Positions 17,136 through 25,717 of a stretch of DNA of 33,645 nt are shown here, piece by piece. The notes beneath the pieces were generated by a model, which worked only from the letters and a program-made list of their open reading frames with translations, had not been told where the DNA came from and did no database searches. How positions within the stretch are numbered: position 1 is the first letter of the stretch; every line of letters begins with the position of its first letter. The position numbers were made by a program, and so were the translations under genes. Location: positions 1-33,645 of the IMG/VR virus record IMGVR_UViG_3300021086_000014. The stretch is one strand, 5' to 3'. Source of the DNA: a virus. Its lineage: Duplodnaviria > Caudoviricetes.

Positions 17136-17749
17136 TTAGCGGTTCTCGCGCTCCGCCTGCGCCTGCTCCCGCTCGATGCGCAGGTCCTGCGCCTCCGCGT
17201 ACGCCTGCGCGACCGGCGGCAACTGCTCGATCAGCCACCACGGCTGCTCGTCCACCACACTGGGGGGCCAGTGGTGCACCTGCGCGAACCACCCGTACGG
17301 CCAGGCCGCATCCTCCAGCGGTGTCGGCGGGTGGTCCCCGGGGATAGGCCTGCCGTCGAACGCCGCTACGAGACGACGGTAGGCGCGGTAGGGGACCCCG
17401 GGTCCGCTACCGCTTGCGCCTGCTCCTGCGGCGTGTCCGGCTGCGCCGAGCCCGGAAACAGCAGCTTCTGCGCCGGGCCCACCAGTTCCGTGAGCCGGTC
17501 GTAGTCGGGGATCTCAAGCATGTCCAGCACGGTGATGTCCTGGGAGGGCAGCGGCAACTGGGTGGGAAGCTGCCAGTTGACCACGAGCATCGCGGTCAGC
17601 CCGTCGGTGATCTCCAGCCCGGCGGACATCACCTTCTGGATGTCGCTGACGGCGCGCAGGACCTTCTTCTTGTCCCCGGACTTCAACTCTTTGGGGTCGC
17701 GCAGTTCGACCCAGGCGCCCTCGGACGCGAGGGCGTGGCGTTCGGACAC
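17136..17749 (-). CDS. Tail assembly chaperone, frameshifted long form (gpGT-like; -1 shift near 17390-17402)
   Basis: The -1 frame is open from the slip region to TAA at 17136 and encodes ...PYRAYRRLVAAFDG...FAQVHHWPPSVVDEQPWW...ERENR. The HWPPS motif is typical of gpT-like parts. Heptamer C CCG GGG (17402-17396) is followed by TCC CCT A. Confidence 0.8.
17366..17749 (-). CDS. Tail assembly chaperone, short form (gpG-like)
   Basis: Follows the major tail gene. 127 aa, acidic and helical. Confidence 0.85.
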   Translation of the reverse strand: MSERHALASEGAWVELRDPKELKSGDKKKVLRAVSDIQKVMSAGLEITDGLTAMLVVNWQLPTQLPLPSQDITVLDMLEIPDYDRLTELVGPAQKLLFPGSAQPDTPQEQAQAVADPGSPTAPTVVS

Positions 17750-17776
17750 GGGCAGGGCCTCTCGTGGAAGGGAGTG

Positions 17777-17810
17777 CGCGGGCCCGGGGCCCTTCCGCCC
17801 CGGGCCCGCG
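17777..17810 (-). terminator. GC-rich hairpin after the major tail gene (attenuator or mRNA stabiliser)
   Basis: 14-bp perfect stem CGCGGGCCCGGGGC / GCCCCGGGCCCGCG with a 6-nt loop; no U tract. Confidence 0.6.
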
Positions 17811-17824
17811 GCCTTGGCGCGGAC

Positions 17825-19078
17825 TCAGTAGGTGCCGGGGGTGACGTTGCACGTCACCGACACCCGGATCGGGGACATGCCCCCGGAGCCGCCCGCGTTG
17901 GTGGTGTTGAACAGGGCTTCGAACGTGGTGTTGTACCCCACCGCGGTCTTCGCCGTGTCCGGGTCGCTTGTGATGAACGCGCAGGACTGCATGTCCACCT
18001 GCACCGTGAGCAGGCTCGTGCCGGACAGGCCGTTGGTGGTGACCAGTTGCACCTGCGGCTGGGTGTTGTTGAGCATGTACAGCAGCGCCGACTCGTCGCT
18101 CACCGCGCCGAAGTTGAGCTTCCCGGCGACGTTGAGCAGGCCGCGCTGGATGATGTACGGGGTCTGCACCCCGTTCGCGGTGAAATACGGCACGGCCTGG
18201 CGCACGATGTTCGTCTCGCCGTCCATGACGGTGGCCACCAGGGTGCCCCCGGATGCGGGCCCGCCGATGCCGACCAGGGTCTGCCAGGACGCGATCGGCT
18301 TGATGCTGGTGCCGTTCGCGGTCGGCGCCGCCGCGGCGGGGATGGAGGGCCAGGACATGCCCTTGCCCGCCCACATCAGCAGTTCGGTCTCGACGTTGAA
18401 CTTCAGGTCCAGGCCGGTCATCGCGAACCCGGGGTAGGCGCGCGCGCCCACGGTCGCGGTGGGTCCGAGCGAGTGGGTGAGGGTGTGGCTGATCGGCTGG
18501 CCGCCGCCGGAGTTGAGCAGCGACCAGGCGTAGGTGAACGGCCCGGCGAGCACGGGCACGACGGCCTGCGCGGAGGCGTGCAGGTAGGCCAGGCCCCCGG
18601 CGGGGGTGGCCAGGGGGATCGTGTAGGGTCCGGCGCCGGTGGGGGTGCCGGTGGTGAACACCTCCGCGGTGGCCCCGGACCCGATCTGGATGATCGTGGC
18701 CGCGGGGATCGAGGCGGCCGTGGAGATGCTGGACGCGCCCGCGGCCGCCTGGGCGGCGAGGGTCGTGGAGCCCGAGCCGGTGGGGTGCCGGGTGACGGCG
18801 AGGTCGCCGAGGATGTTGCGCAGGAAAAACCCGGCGCCGTCGGCGAACACGGGTCCGCCCAGGTCCAGTTCGGCGTGCTTGACGCCCGCGATCTGCCCGA
18901 ACGCGTCGGTGCCCATCGAGCCGCGCCACGCGGTGTCCTTGAGGAACTTGGGCTTGTCCGAGGGTTTGAGCGTGTCGATGAGCTGGGTGAAGGCGGGGGC
19001 GACGGCGGTGCCCATGGTGGCCGCGCCCTCGTTGGCGCAGCCGAGGAACTGCTTGGCGGGCGCATAGGTGGCGACCAC
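17825..19078 (-). CDS. Major tail (tube) protein with an internal accessory domain
   Basis: Position before the chaperone/TMP. FLGCANE...GTAVAP N-terminus and beta-rich tube-like composition, with an Ala/Thr-rich insertion at about 18560-18770. Confidence 0.85.
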   Translation of the reverse strand: MVATYAPAKQFLGCANEGAATMGTAVAPAFTQLIDTLKPSDKPKFLKDTAWRGSMGTDAFGQIAGVKHAELDLGGPVFADGAGFFLRNILGDLAVTRHPTGSGSTTLAAQAAAGASSISTAASIPAATIIQIGSGATAEVFTTGTPTGAGPYTIPLATPAGGLAYLHASAQAVVPVLAGPFTYAWSLLNSGGGQPISHTLTHSLGPTATVGARAYPGFAMTGLDLKFNVETELLMWAGKGMSWPSIPAAAAPTANGTSIKPIASWQTLVGIGGPASGGTLVATVMDGETNIVRQAVPYFTANGVQTPYIIQRGLLNVAGKLNFGAVSDESALLYMLNNTQPQVQLVTTNGLSGTSLLTVQVDMQSCAFITSDPDTAKTAVGYNTTFEALFNTTNAGGSGGMSPIRVSVTCNVTPGTY

Positions 19079-19081
19079 GGC

Positions 19082-19444
19082 TCACACCCCCCGCGGATCG
19101 GCCGGGTGGTTGTCCGGCCACTGGTTGGGGCGTTTGGCCGTGGGCGTCCAGCGGTCGTCGTCCGGCGCGCCGTCCGGCCAGTCGAAGACGGTCGCGGGGC
19201 TCGCGGGCGCGGCGGGACGGCTGTCCGTCGCGGGAACCGCGGGAATGGCGGGGCGGGCGGTGAGCGGCACGGCGACGTACTGCGTCTCGAACACCGCGGT
19301 GTACTCGTACACGCCCGGCGCGAGGCGCCCGGTGGGCGCCGCGTCCGGGTCCGGGGACGAAGAAGCCCCCGCCGACGCGGGGGCTTGGGGGGTTGGGGTT
19401 GTGGCGTCCGGTTCGGGCGGCGGCGCGCCCGTAGTCTTAGGCAT
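19082..19444 (-). CDS. Pro/Ala-rich hypothetical protein
   Basis: GGGAG SD before ATG. Fills the gap between the tail terminator and major tail genes. Confidence 0.7.
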   Translation of the reverse strand: MPKTTGAPPPEPDATTPTPQAPASAGASSSPDPDAAPTGRLAPGVYEYTAVFETQYVAVPLTARPAIPAVPATDSRPAAPASPATVFDWPDGAPDDDRWTPTAKRPNQWPDNHPADPRGV

Positions 19445-19494
19445 GGCGGTCTCCCGGAATCGGGGCTGGGGAAAGGAGGGGAGCGCCGGGCCGG

Positions 19495-20028
19495 TCAGAC
19501 CCCGGCGAGAATCTCGCAGGCGCTAAAAGCCATCGACAGGAACGACTTGGTCAGCTCGTCCTTGGTCTGCGGCTGCCCGTAGCCGAACGCGATCTCGTTG
19601 CTGCCGTTGGTCATGTGCTCCCCTGCCTGGAACACCGCGCCGCCCAGGGTGCGGTCGCGCTGCATCCACCCGACCAGGGCGTCCTGCAGCGCGTACACGT
19701 CGTCCTGGGCGTCCTCGGCGTGCGGGGTGCGGCTGCGGATGAAACAGGCCAGTTCGGCCTCGAAATTGCGCTGCTTCATGCCGCCGTGCTCGCCGCCCAG
19801 CGCGATGCGGAACTCGCGGGAGCGGTAGATCGTGACGATGATCTGGCTGCCGGTGCGGGACGCCGCGGGCAGTCCGTGGAAGTAGTCGCCGTGGTTGTCG
19901 CGCTTCGCGAACGCGCGGCGCACCACCCCGACCCCCGCGACGGGGGAGGCGCGGTAGGTGCGGGTGCCCGGGTCGTAGGGGCCGCCGAAGTAGCGGCAGA
20001 TCCCGTCCAGTACCGCGGCGGCGCTCAT
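19495..20028 (-). CDS. Probable tail terminator / head-tail joining protein (177 aa, MSAAAVLDGICRYFGG...)
   Basis: ATG at 20028 overlaps the upstream stop (ATGA). RDRTLGGAV motif. The ORF-track start at 20769 is spurious. Confidence 0.7.
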   Translation of the reverse strand: MSAAAVLDGICRYFGGPYDPGTRTYRASPVAGVGVVRRAFAKRDNHGDYFHGLPAASRTGSQIIVTIYRSREFRIALGGEHGGMKQRNFEAELACFIRSRTPHAEDAQDDVYALQDALVGWMQRDRTLGGAVFQAGEHMTNGSNEIAFGYGQPQTKDELTKSFLSMAFSACEILAGV

Positions 20029-20909
20029 CGTTTGCGGCTGAAGCGTTCCAGGAGCCGCTCGGCCTCGTCCACCAGGCCGGAGCCGTCCTTGCGGGTGTCG
20101 GTCTGCCGGGTGCCCGAGGCCATGCGCGTGTCGGGGTAGGCGTCCTCGGCCGCGGTGTCCGGGCGCAGCAGGGACGCGGCCGCGTAGTTGACCACGGCCA
20201 GGCGCATGTCGTGCTCGAAGTTCGTGAAGTCGTGCCCGGCGCCGTGCGCGAACACGGTGGGGGCCGCGAGCGGGACCGCGGTGGCGGCCGGCGGCACGGT
20301 GACGGCGGGCGGGGTGAACGCGCCCGAGACGGTGACGGACTCCTCCGCGCCCGGCTCCCAGATCCGGTAGGGCGCGCCGGGCTGGATCCCGGTGGGGTCC
20401 GTGACGCTCAGGGACACCGCCCCGGCGAGCGCGGCGGCGGACAGGGTGGTGGCGACGTATGCGGCGGTGTAGACCAGCTGCACATGCACCGGGCAGCCCG
20501 CGCCGGGCGGGCCGAACTGCAGCGACCCGGACCAGGGGCCGCCCGCGCCGGTAGTGATCTCCAGGTTGCGCCCGTCCTCGCTCCACACGCCCGGGTTGGC
20601 GATGGTGGTCAGCGCGGTGGGCGTGTACCCGTACGCGACGGAGGTCACGGTGATCACGGGCGTGTGATCGGGGTGGATCTTCAGAGTGCCGTCGCGCCCG
20701 AACCGGGTGCGCAGGCGCTGGGTGTACTGGTGGGCGAGCAGCGGCTGCTCGCAGTACCCCTCGGCCCACGCGGAGGCCATGAGCAGCAGGTTGGTCAGTT
20801 CCGCGATCTGGTCGGGGGCGGAGGCGTCGCCGTAGCGCAGGTCGTCCAGGTCCAGGTAGGTGGGGTGGGCGGTGAACGCCGCGGCGGACACGAACGGGGT
20901 GACGATCAA
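20025..20909 (-). CDS. Head-tail adaptor/connector with an inserted beta module
   Basis: LLMASAWAEGYCEQPL, HVQLVYTAAY, DMRLAVV and EAERLLERF resemble adaptor (gp15/gp6-like) proteins. Confidence 0.75.
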   Translation of the reverse strand: MIVTPFVSAAAFTAHPTYLDLDDLRYGDASAPDQIAELTNLLLMASAWAEGYCEQPLLAHQYTQRLRTRFGRDGTLKIHPDHTPVITVTSVAYGYTPTALTTIANPGVWSEDGRNLEITTGAGGPWSGSLQFGPPGAGCPVHVQLVYTAAYVATTLSAAALAGAVSLSVTDPTGIQPGAPYRIWEPGAEESVTVSGAFTPPAVTVPPAATAVPLAAPTVFAHGAGHDFTNFEHDMRLAVVNYAAASLLRPDTAAEDAYPDTRMASGTRQTDTRKDGSGLVDEAERLLERFSRKR

Positions 20910-21325
20910 CGGTGCCGCCTTCCCGTGTGCCGCCGGGGCCCGTGCCTGCGGTGGGTGTGGCGGCGCACGGGGTGGCGGCGGGTCGTGTGCCTGCGCGCGC
21001 CGTGGCGGCGGACGGTATGGCGGCGGATCGTGTGTCTGCGGTGGGTGTGGCGCGCGGACGTGCGCCGCCGCGCGGTGTGCCGGCGGTGTCTGCCGCGCAG
21101 GGCGGTGGACAGTTTCTTGCGCGTCGCGGCGCTCACCGGGTGGCCGCGGCGGCGCGCCGCGCCCTTGCGCCGGGCGTGGTGCTTGCCCTTAAGGGCCGCG
21201 GAGAGTTTCGCGCGGGTCTTCGCCGACGCCTTGCGCCCCTTGGCGCCCTTGTGCCGCCTGCCCCTGTTGCGTCGGCTGATCCGCGCGCGCGCCGCCTTGG
21301 ACAGGTGCCAGCCGCGGCGCGCCAC
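20906..21325 (-). CDS. Extremely basic Arg/His/Lys-rich protein with three NUMOD3-like motifs
   Basis: HLSKAARARISRRNRG, KASAKTRAKLSAALKG, HPVSAATRKKLSTALRG, then RRHxx repeats. Starts immediately after the upstream TAG, and its stop overlaps the next TTG. Confidence 0.75.
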   Translation of the reverse strand: MARRGWHLSKAARARISRRNRGRRHKGAKGRKASAKTRAKLSAALKGKHHARRKGAARRRGHPVSAATRKKLSTALRGRHRRHTARRRTSARHTHRRHTIRRHTVRRHGARRHTTRRHPVRRHTHRRHGPRRHTGRRHR

Positions 21326-21505
21326 CTAGAGCACCTCGGCGCTCACCCACATGCCCGCCGCGTACACCGCCACCGTGCGCTCCCCCCGGCCCTCGCGGGC
21401 GGTCACGATCAGCGTCCCCGCGTCGTCCACGGTCACGTCGTCGGCGTCCTTGTGCACGGCCTGCTGCGGACCGCGCGCAGACACGACCTTCACCTCCACC
21501 GGCAC
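21326..21505 (-). CDS. Small beta-rich protein (59 aa, MPVEVKVVSARG...VAVYAAGMWVSAEVL)
   Basis: Below the ORF-track cut-off. Fills the gap exactly, with high GC3. Confidence 0.7.
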   Translation of the reverse strand: MPVEVKVVSARGPQQAVHKDADDVTVDDAGTLIVTAREGRGERTVAVYAAGMWVSAEVL

Positions 21506-21509
21506 GCGC

Positions 21510-23213
21510 TCACCGCCCGGTCACCCCGATCTGCGAGGTGATGTGCACGCCCGCGGTCACCGTCCAGGACACCCGCCAGTTGCCGTTGCCGCACGGCAGG
21601 ACGTTCCCGTTCGCGGTGCCGGGGCCGACCGAGAACGCGTACACCCCGGCCGCGGTGATCACCGGGGTGGAGCCGGCAGCGACCCAGTTGCCGTTACTGT
21701 CCTGCACCTGCAGCGAGTAGGTGACGTTCGTCGCCGTGAGCAGCGTGACGCTGACCGACACCAGGAACAGCGACGCGTTGTTCGGGATCGAGCCGCCCGT
21801 GATGTTCCCGCTGGCCTGCCGCCCCGAGTCGGCGACCGCAGACTCGGTGTACACCGGGAACGCCGCCTGCGTCAGGACGTTGACCGCGCCGTTGCTTCCC
21901 CTGATCCGGTCAAGGCTCGTGCCGTTCCACAGGCCCACCGCGACCACCGGGATGTTCGCGCCCGGCATCGAGTCCTGCGTCGCGGAGCGCCCGAGGTAGT
22001 ACAGCCCGGAGACCGGGTCGTAGACGCACTCCTCCCCGACGCCGATCCCGGCGGGGGCGAACCCGGAAAGGCCCGGCCCCTGCGGCGCGTACACGTCGAA
22101 CCGCGCCAGGGTCTGTGCGGCGTTCACCACCGGGGACTGTAGCGGCACGGTCGCCGAGGAGCCCGGCGTCCACGTCGCCGAGGTGTACACGACCTCCTGG
22201 GCGGCGCCGCCGGACAGGGTGACCGGGGCGCCGGGCTGCAGCAGGTTCGCGGCCGCGGCGGAGCCGAACACGAGCGTGGTGTTGCCCGCGCCCGTCGAAG
22301 TGATCGCCTGGGTCTGGCTGCCCTTGCCCTGCAGGTTGCGGGCCCGGTCGAACTGCAGCCCCGTGGCGAGCCCCGTGGCGAGCGCGGGTCCGCCGGAGGT
22401 GTGCTCGTACCGTGCGGCGATCGCCGCGCCCGCGCCCGACGCCCCGTCCAACTCGCCCGCGGCGGAGCGCTCGGACTCCACCCCGCCCGCCCCGCCGTTC
22501 AGGGCCGGGTTCAGGAAGTAGGCCACGGCGGCGCCGAACCCGGCCGACGGCGACCCGTCCGGGGCGCTCGCGTCGCGGGCCTGGTTGTACACGAACCCGG
22601 ACAGGGCGACCGCGGCGGCGTGCGGCTTGGCGAACGCGGCCGTGAGCGTGGTCGCGGTGGTCGCGGTGACGAACACGTACTCCTGGGCGGCGCCGGCGTC
22701 CACGGACAGGGTGTGCCCGGGCTGGATCGTCCAGGCGGAGCCGCGCACGGCGCCACTCATCGCGGCGGGGGTGATGGTGCGCGTCCCGGCGGTGATGGTG
22801 CCCGCGCCGGTGGTGGTGGTGAACGGCAGCGCCAGTTGCTGCGCGCCGGTGACGATCCCGGCGCCGGGCACGTTGTCGAACCCGGTCTCGCGCTGGCGGT
22901 CCAGGGTGCCTGCGGGGTTGATCGCCTGGGCGACGCCGCCGGTGAGCACCCCGAACGCGGAGCCGGGCAGGGACTGGTTGTCCGCGTTGTGGAACGCGAG
23001 GACCGCGGCGAGGTTGGTGGAGGCGCCGTCCTCGATACGCACGACGCTGGGCGCCAAGGATGATCCGGCCTGGGTCTGCAGCGGGTTGGCCGCGGTGCCC
23101 AGGATGTTGTTCTCGCCGTCGGTCAGCGCGACGCCTTGCGCGCTGGGCGCGTCGGGGTTGGTGGGGGACTGGGTGACGGCGGCGTGCCCGTGCCCGCGGA
23201 CGATCGCGGCCAT
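21510..23213 (-). CDS. Probable head fibre / capsid decoration protein (567 aa, MAAIVRGHGH...)
   Basis: ATG at 23213 overlaps the upstream TGA. Ala/Gly/Thr-rich, repeated LDRxR-type motifs (TLDRQR, FDRAR, SLDRIR), C-terminal jelly-roll-like domain. Located in the head module. Confidence 0.7.
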   Translation of the reverse strand: MAAIVRGHGHAAVTQSPTNPDAPSAQGVALTDGENNILGTAANPLQTQAGSSLAPSVVRIEDGASTNLAAVLAFHNADNQSLPGSAFGVLTGGVAQAINPAGTLDRQRETGFDNVPGAGIVTGAQQLALPFTTTTGAGTITAGTRTITPAAMSGAVRGSAWTIQPGHTLSVDAGAAQEYVFVTATTATTLTAAFAKPHAAAVALSGFVYNQARDASAPDGSPSAGFGAAVAYFLNPALNGGAGGVESERSAAGELDGASGAGAAIAARYEHTSGGPALATGLATGLQFDRARNLQGKGSQTQAITSTGAGNTTLVFGSAAAANLLQPGAPVTLSGGAAQEVVYTSATWTPGSSATVPLQSPVVNAAQTLARFDVYAPQGPGLSGFAPAGIGVGEECVYDPVSGLYYLGRSATQDSMPGANIPVVAVGLWNGTSLDRIRGSNGAVNVLTQAAFPVYTESAVADSGRQASGNITGGSIPNNASLFLVSVSVTLLTATNVTYSLQVQDSNGNWVAAGSTPVITAAGVYAFSVGPGTANGNVLPCGNGNWRVSWTVTAGVHITSQIGVTGR

Positions 23214-23575
23214 CAGGGTGCCTTGTCGGGCACGCGCACCCACTGGCCGTGCGGGCAGCCGACGGCGCCCGCGCCGGGCGGGGGGCCGGCGGGGTGGCAG
23301 ATGCGGCACGGGTCGCCCGGCGCCCCGGCGGTGGTCTCCCAGTGGAACGTCGGCTCCGGCACCGCATCGGGGGTGCCGTTCTTCGCGGGCCGGGCCGGCG
23401 CGTTCGCCGTCGCGGACGCCCCACCCCCCGTGGGGACGGCGCCGCCCGGGACGTCGGGGTCCGCCGGGCGGTCCTGGTCGGCCGCCGGGGCCTGCTTCGG
23501 CCCGGCAGCGGCCTCGCCGTCGGACGCTTCGGGATCGGGCTTCGCTGCGGCGCTCTTGCGCGGGCCGGCGGGCAT
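23213..23575 (-). CDS. Low-complexity protein with a C-terminal Cys/His motif (CRICHP...CPHGQW)
   Basis: GAGGGAGAG SD before ATG at 23575, which overlaps the upstream stop. Confidence 0.7.
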   Translation of the reverse strand: MPAGPRKSAAAKPDPEASDGEAAAGPKQAPAADQDRPADPDVPGGAVPTGGGASATANAPARPAKNGTPDAVPEPTFHWETTAGAPGDPCRICHPAGPPPGAGAVGCPHGQWVRVPDKAP

Positions 23576-23838
23576 CAGCTCTCCCTCTCGCACTCGCCGC
23601 CGCAGCGCGAGCACATCGTGAAATACGAACCCCAGCCGCAGCCGGGGCACCGGTAGCCGATGCCCTTGCGGGCGCCGCCCGCCACGGACACCGGGAACGC
23701 GCCCTCGGACCGCAGCGCCTTGACGTGCATCGGATCCTGCACGTCCATGACCCGGCCGTTGTAGCGGGTGACCTGCCCGGTCTGGGCGCCCTTGACCTCC
23801 ATGCCGGCGACCGCGCCGCTGGGCGCTGCAAGACGCAT
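23575..23838 (-). CDS. Small zinc-ribbon protein (CPGC...CSRC)
   Basis: GAGGAG SD. Two CxxC pairs. Immediately after the major capsid gene. Confidence 0.8.
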   Translation of the reverse strand: MRLAAPSGAVAGMEVKGAQTGQVTRYNGRVMDVQDPMHVKALRSEGAFPVSVAGGARKGIGYRCPGCGWGSYFTMCSRCGGECERES

Positions 23839-23859
23839 GCGGGACTCCTCTGCTCATGG

Positions 23860-23893
23860 CGAGGGCCCGACACATCGCGGTGTCGGGCCCTCG
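23860..23893 (-). terminator. Hairpin after the major capsid gene
   Basis: 14-bp perfect stem CGAGGGCCCGACAC / GTGTCGGGCCCTCG with a 6-nt loop. Confidence 0.65.
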
Positions 23894-23902
23894 GGACTTG
23901 GG

Positions 23903-25648
23903 TCAGCCGGCCGTCACCCCGGAAACGCATCCGTTCCAGCCGGGTGCGAAACACAAAAAGGTGCCGAACCAGTAGCTGGAGGACTCGTACGCGAACTGGG
24001 TCACGGGCCAGTCGATTCCCATGAAGTCCTGCACGTTGCAGATCGACCACACGTTGGAGACCTGGCTGTCCGGGATCGGCAGGGTGTCCGAGACGATCGG
24101 GCACACGCCCTGCGGCAGCCAGGGGCTGACCTCCATCTCGGTGCGCTTGCCGACGGTCTCATTCATGATCGCGACGGCGACGGAGCCGAGCGTCACCCCG
24201 GACACCTGGTCCTGGGTGACCTGCAGGAAGTAGTTGTTCGCCTCCCCGGTCTTCAGGGTCGCGGACAGCTGCTTGCGGTCGGCGCCGTTGAACATGATCC
24301 GGTCGGGCTCGGCCTTGACCGAGTTGTACAGGGACGCGAACGCGTCCTGGAACTCGCTGCCGGGGGTCGCCGTGCCGAACTTCGAGTTGATCTTGACGTT
24401 GTAGCCGGAGGACGCGCCCATGCACCAGGCCAGGATCCCGTCGTACCCCGCCGAGTACGCGGAGGTGTCCGCGGTGGGCGGGTTGGCGCCCGCGACCGGG
24501 ATCGCGCCCTGCAGCACGATGCCGGCGCCGCCCGCGCCGCCGGCGTTGACGGCCTGGTTGGGGAAGCGGCCGTAGAGGAAGAACGCGGAGTTCGCGGGCT
24601 GCGCGGCGCCGGTGCCGATGTACACCTTGTAGCCGAGCGCCGCCGGGACGTCGGTCAGGCGCAGCACCACGTTGTGGCCCGCGGTCGGCGCGATCGTCGC
24701 CACGGTGCTGACGACGGACTCGCCGAACGCGCCCGCGTCGGCGGTGACGTACACGTAGATGTTGGTGGTGTACCCGGTCAGGGCGACCTGGGTGCCCGCG
24801 GTGGTGTTGTCCACCAGGGAGGTGCCGGTGGGCGCGGCGAGCGCGCCCGCGTATCCGGAGGCGGTGCCCCTGCCCATCAGGAGCATCCGCTCCTCCATCA
24901 GCTTGCTGGCGTACAGCAGGCTGGTGCGTGACAACTGCCTTATATCCTGGTACCCCTGCCCTGCATATTGGGCGGACCAGGTGACCTCGTCGGACATCGA
25001 GAACTGCGAGTGCGGCAGCACGACGTCGTAGCCCGCGTACGCGATCTTCGGGCCGCGGGCGTAGTACAGCGAGTTGCTCGCGCCCGAGGGCGCGAAGTTG
25101 GTCTGCGTGGAGTCCGCGATACCGGGGTGGGTGTTGCCCACGCCCCCGGTGCCCGAGCCGGTGATCCCGCTGATGACCTTGAAGCGGTGGCTGGTGCCGA
25201 ATCCCTTGATCCTCGGCATGCGGTTGCTGACCGGCGTCGGGCGCGGCGCGAGGAACTTCGAGGGATCCTCGAGGTCGAAGGCCACCAGGCCGGTGCCGAC
25301 CGGGGAGGTCAGGCTGATGTCCTTGACCAGGTCCGGCTGCTGGCCCTTGAGCGCCTCCAGTGCCTGGGCGACCGAGGCGACCGCGTCCGGGGACATGGAC
25401 TTGGCCAGCTCCGGCGAGCGCAGCGCCTTGGTCATGTACTCGTAGGCGTTGGTGGGGCGCGGGGAGAAGTCGATCGGCTGGCCGGCCTTGAACGAGGTGA
25501 CGATCTCCTCGCGGGTCAGCTCCCGCTCCGGGACGCCCTGGATGGATTTGACCAGTTCGTCGAAGCGGACGGAGACCTCGGCCTTGGACAGCTTCGCGGA
25601 CTCGGGGGACTCGCCGAACATGAGCTCGATGTTCGTGGGCAGAGCCAT
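23903..25648 (-). CDS. Major capsid protein (HK97 fold) with N-terminal propeptide and internal FN3/Ig-like insertion
   Basis: Follows protease-scaffold with AAGGAG SD. FDLEDPSK.L.P..TP..NRMPR.KG.G, MEERMLLMG, SPWLPQG motifs. Inserted YVYVTAD...GES...GYKVYIGT domain. Confidence 0.9.
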   Translation of the reverse strand: MALPTNIELMFGESPESAKLSKAEVSVRFDELVKSIQGVPERELTREEIVTSFKAGQPIDFSPRPTNAYEYMTKALRSPELAKSMSPDAVASVAQALEALKGQQPDLVKDISLTSPVGTGLVAFDLEDPSKFLAPRPTPVSNRMPRIKGFGTSHRFKVISGITGSGTGGVGNTHPGIADSTQTNFAPSGASNSLYYARGPKIAYAGYDVVLPHSQFSMSDEVTWSAQYAGQGYQDIRQLSRTSLLYASKLMEERMLLMGRGTASGYAGALAAPTGTSLVDNTTAGTQVALTGYTTNIYVYVTADAGAFGESVVSTVATIAPTAGHNVVLRLTDVPAALGYKVYIGTGAAQPANSAFFLYGRFPNQAVNAGGAGGAGIVLQGAIPVAGANPPTADTSAYSAGYDGILAWCMGASSGYNVKINSKFGTATPGSEFQDAFASLYNSVKAEPDRIMFNGADRKQLSATLKTGEANNYFLQVTQDQVSGVTLGSVAVAIMNETVGKRTEMEVSPWLPQGVCPIVSDTLPIPDSQVSNVWSICNVQDFMGIDWPVTQFAYESSSYWFGTFLCFAPGWNGCVSGVTAG

Positions 25649-25671
25649 GGCTCTGCTCCTTCCATGCGAAT

Positions 25672-25691
25672 GGCCCCGCGCTGGCGGGGCC
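25672..25691 (-). other. Hairpin between protease-scaffold and capsid genes
   Basis: 8-bp stem GGCCCCGC / GCGGGGCC followed on the minus strand by ATTCGCATG and the capsid SD. Confidence 0.5.
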
Positions 25692-25717
25692 GGATGGTCG
25701 GTGGGGTGCTGCGGCGG

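Noticed and set aside
20912-21090. 15-bp periodic repeats as a CRISPR array or non-coding tandem repeat
   Set aside because: They are degenerate codon-level repeats encoding RRHxx, with no constant repeat plus unique spacer structure and no cas genes.
21510-24104. Possible -1 frameshift at ACC TTT TTG in the capsid 3' end fusing capsid to the 567-aa head protein (that frame is open from 24104 to 21510)
   Set aside because: Not a full X XXY YYZ heptamer. It would remove the capsid's terminal strand and read about 245 codons of out-of-frame sequence across a hairpin and two real genes. The 567-aa gene has its own coupled ATG.
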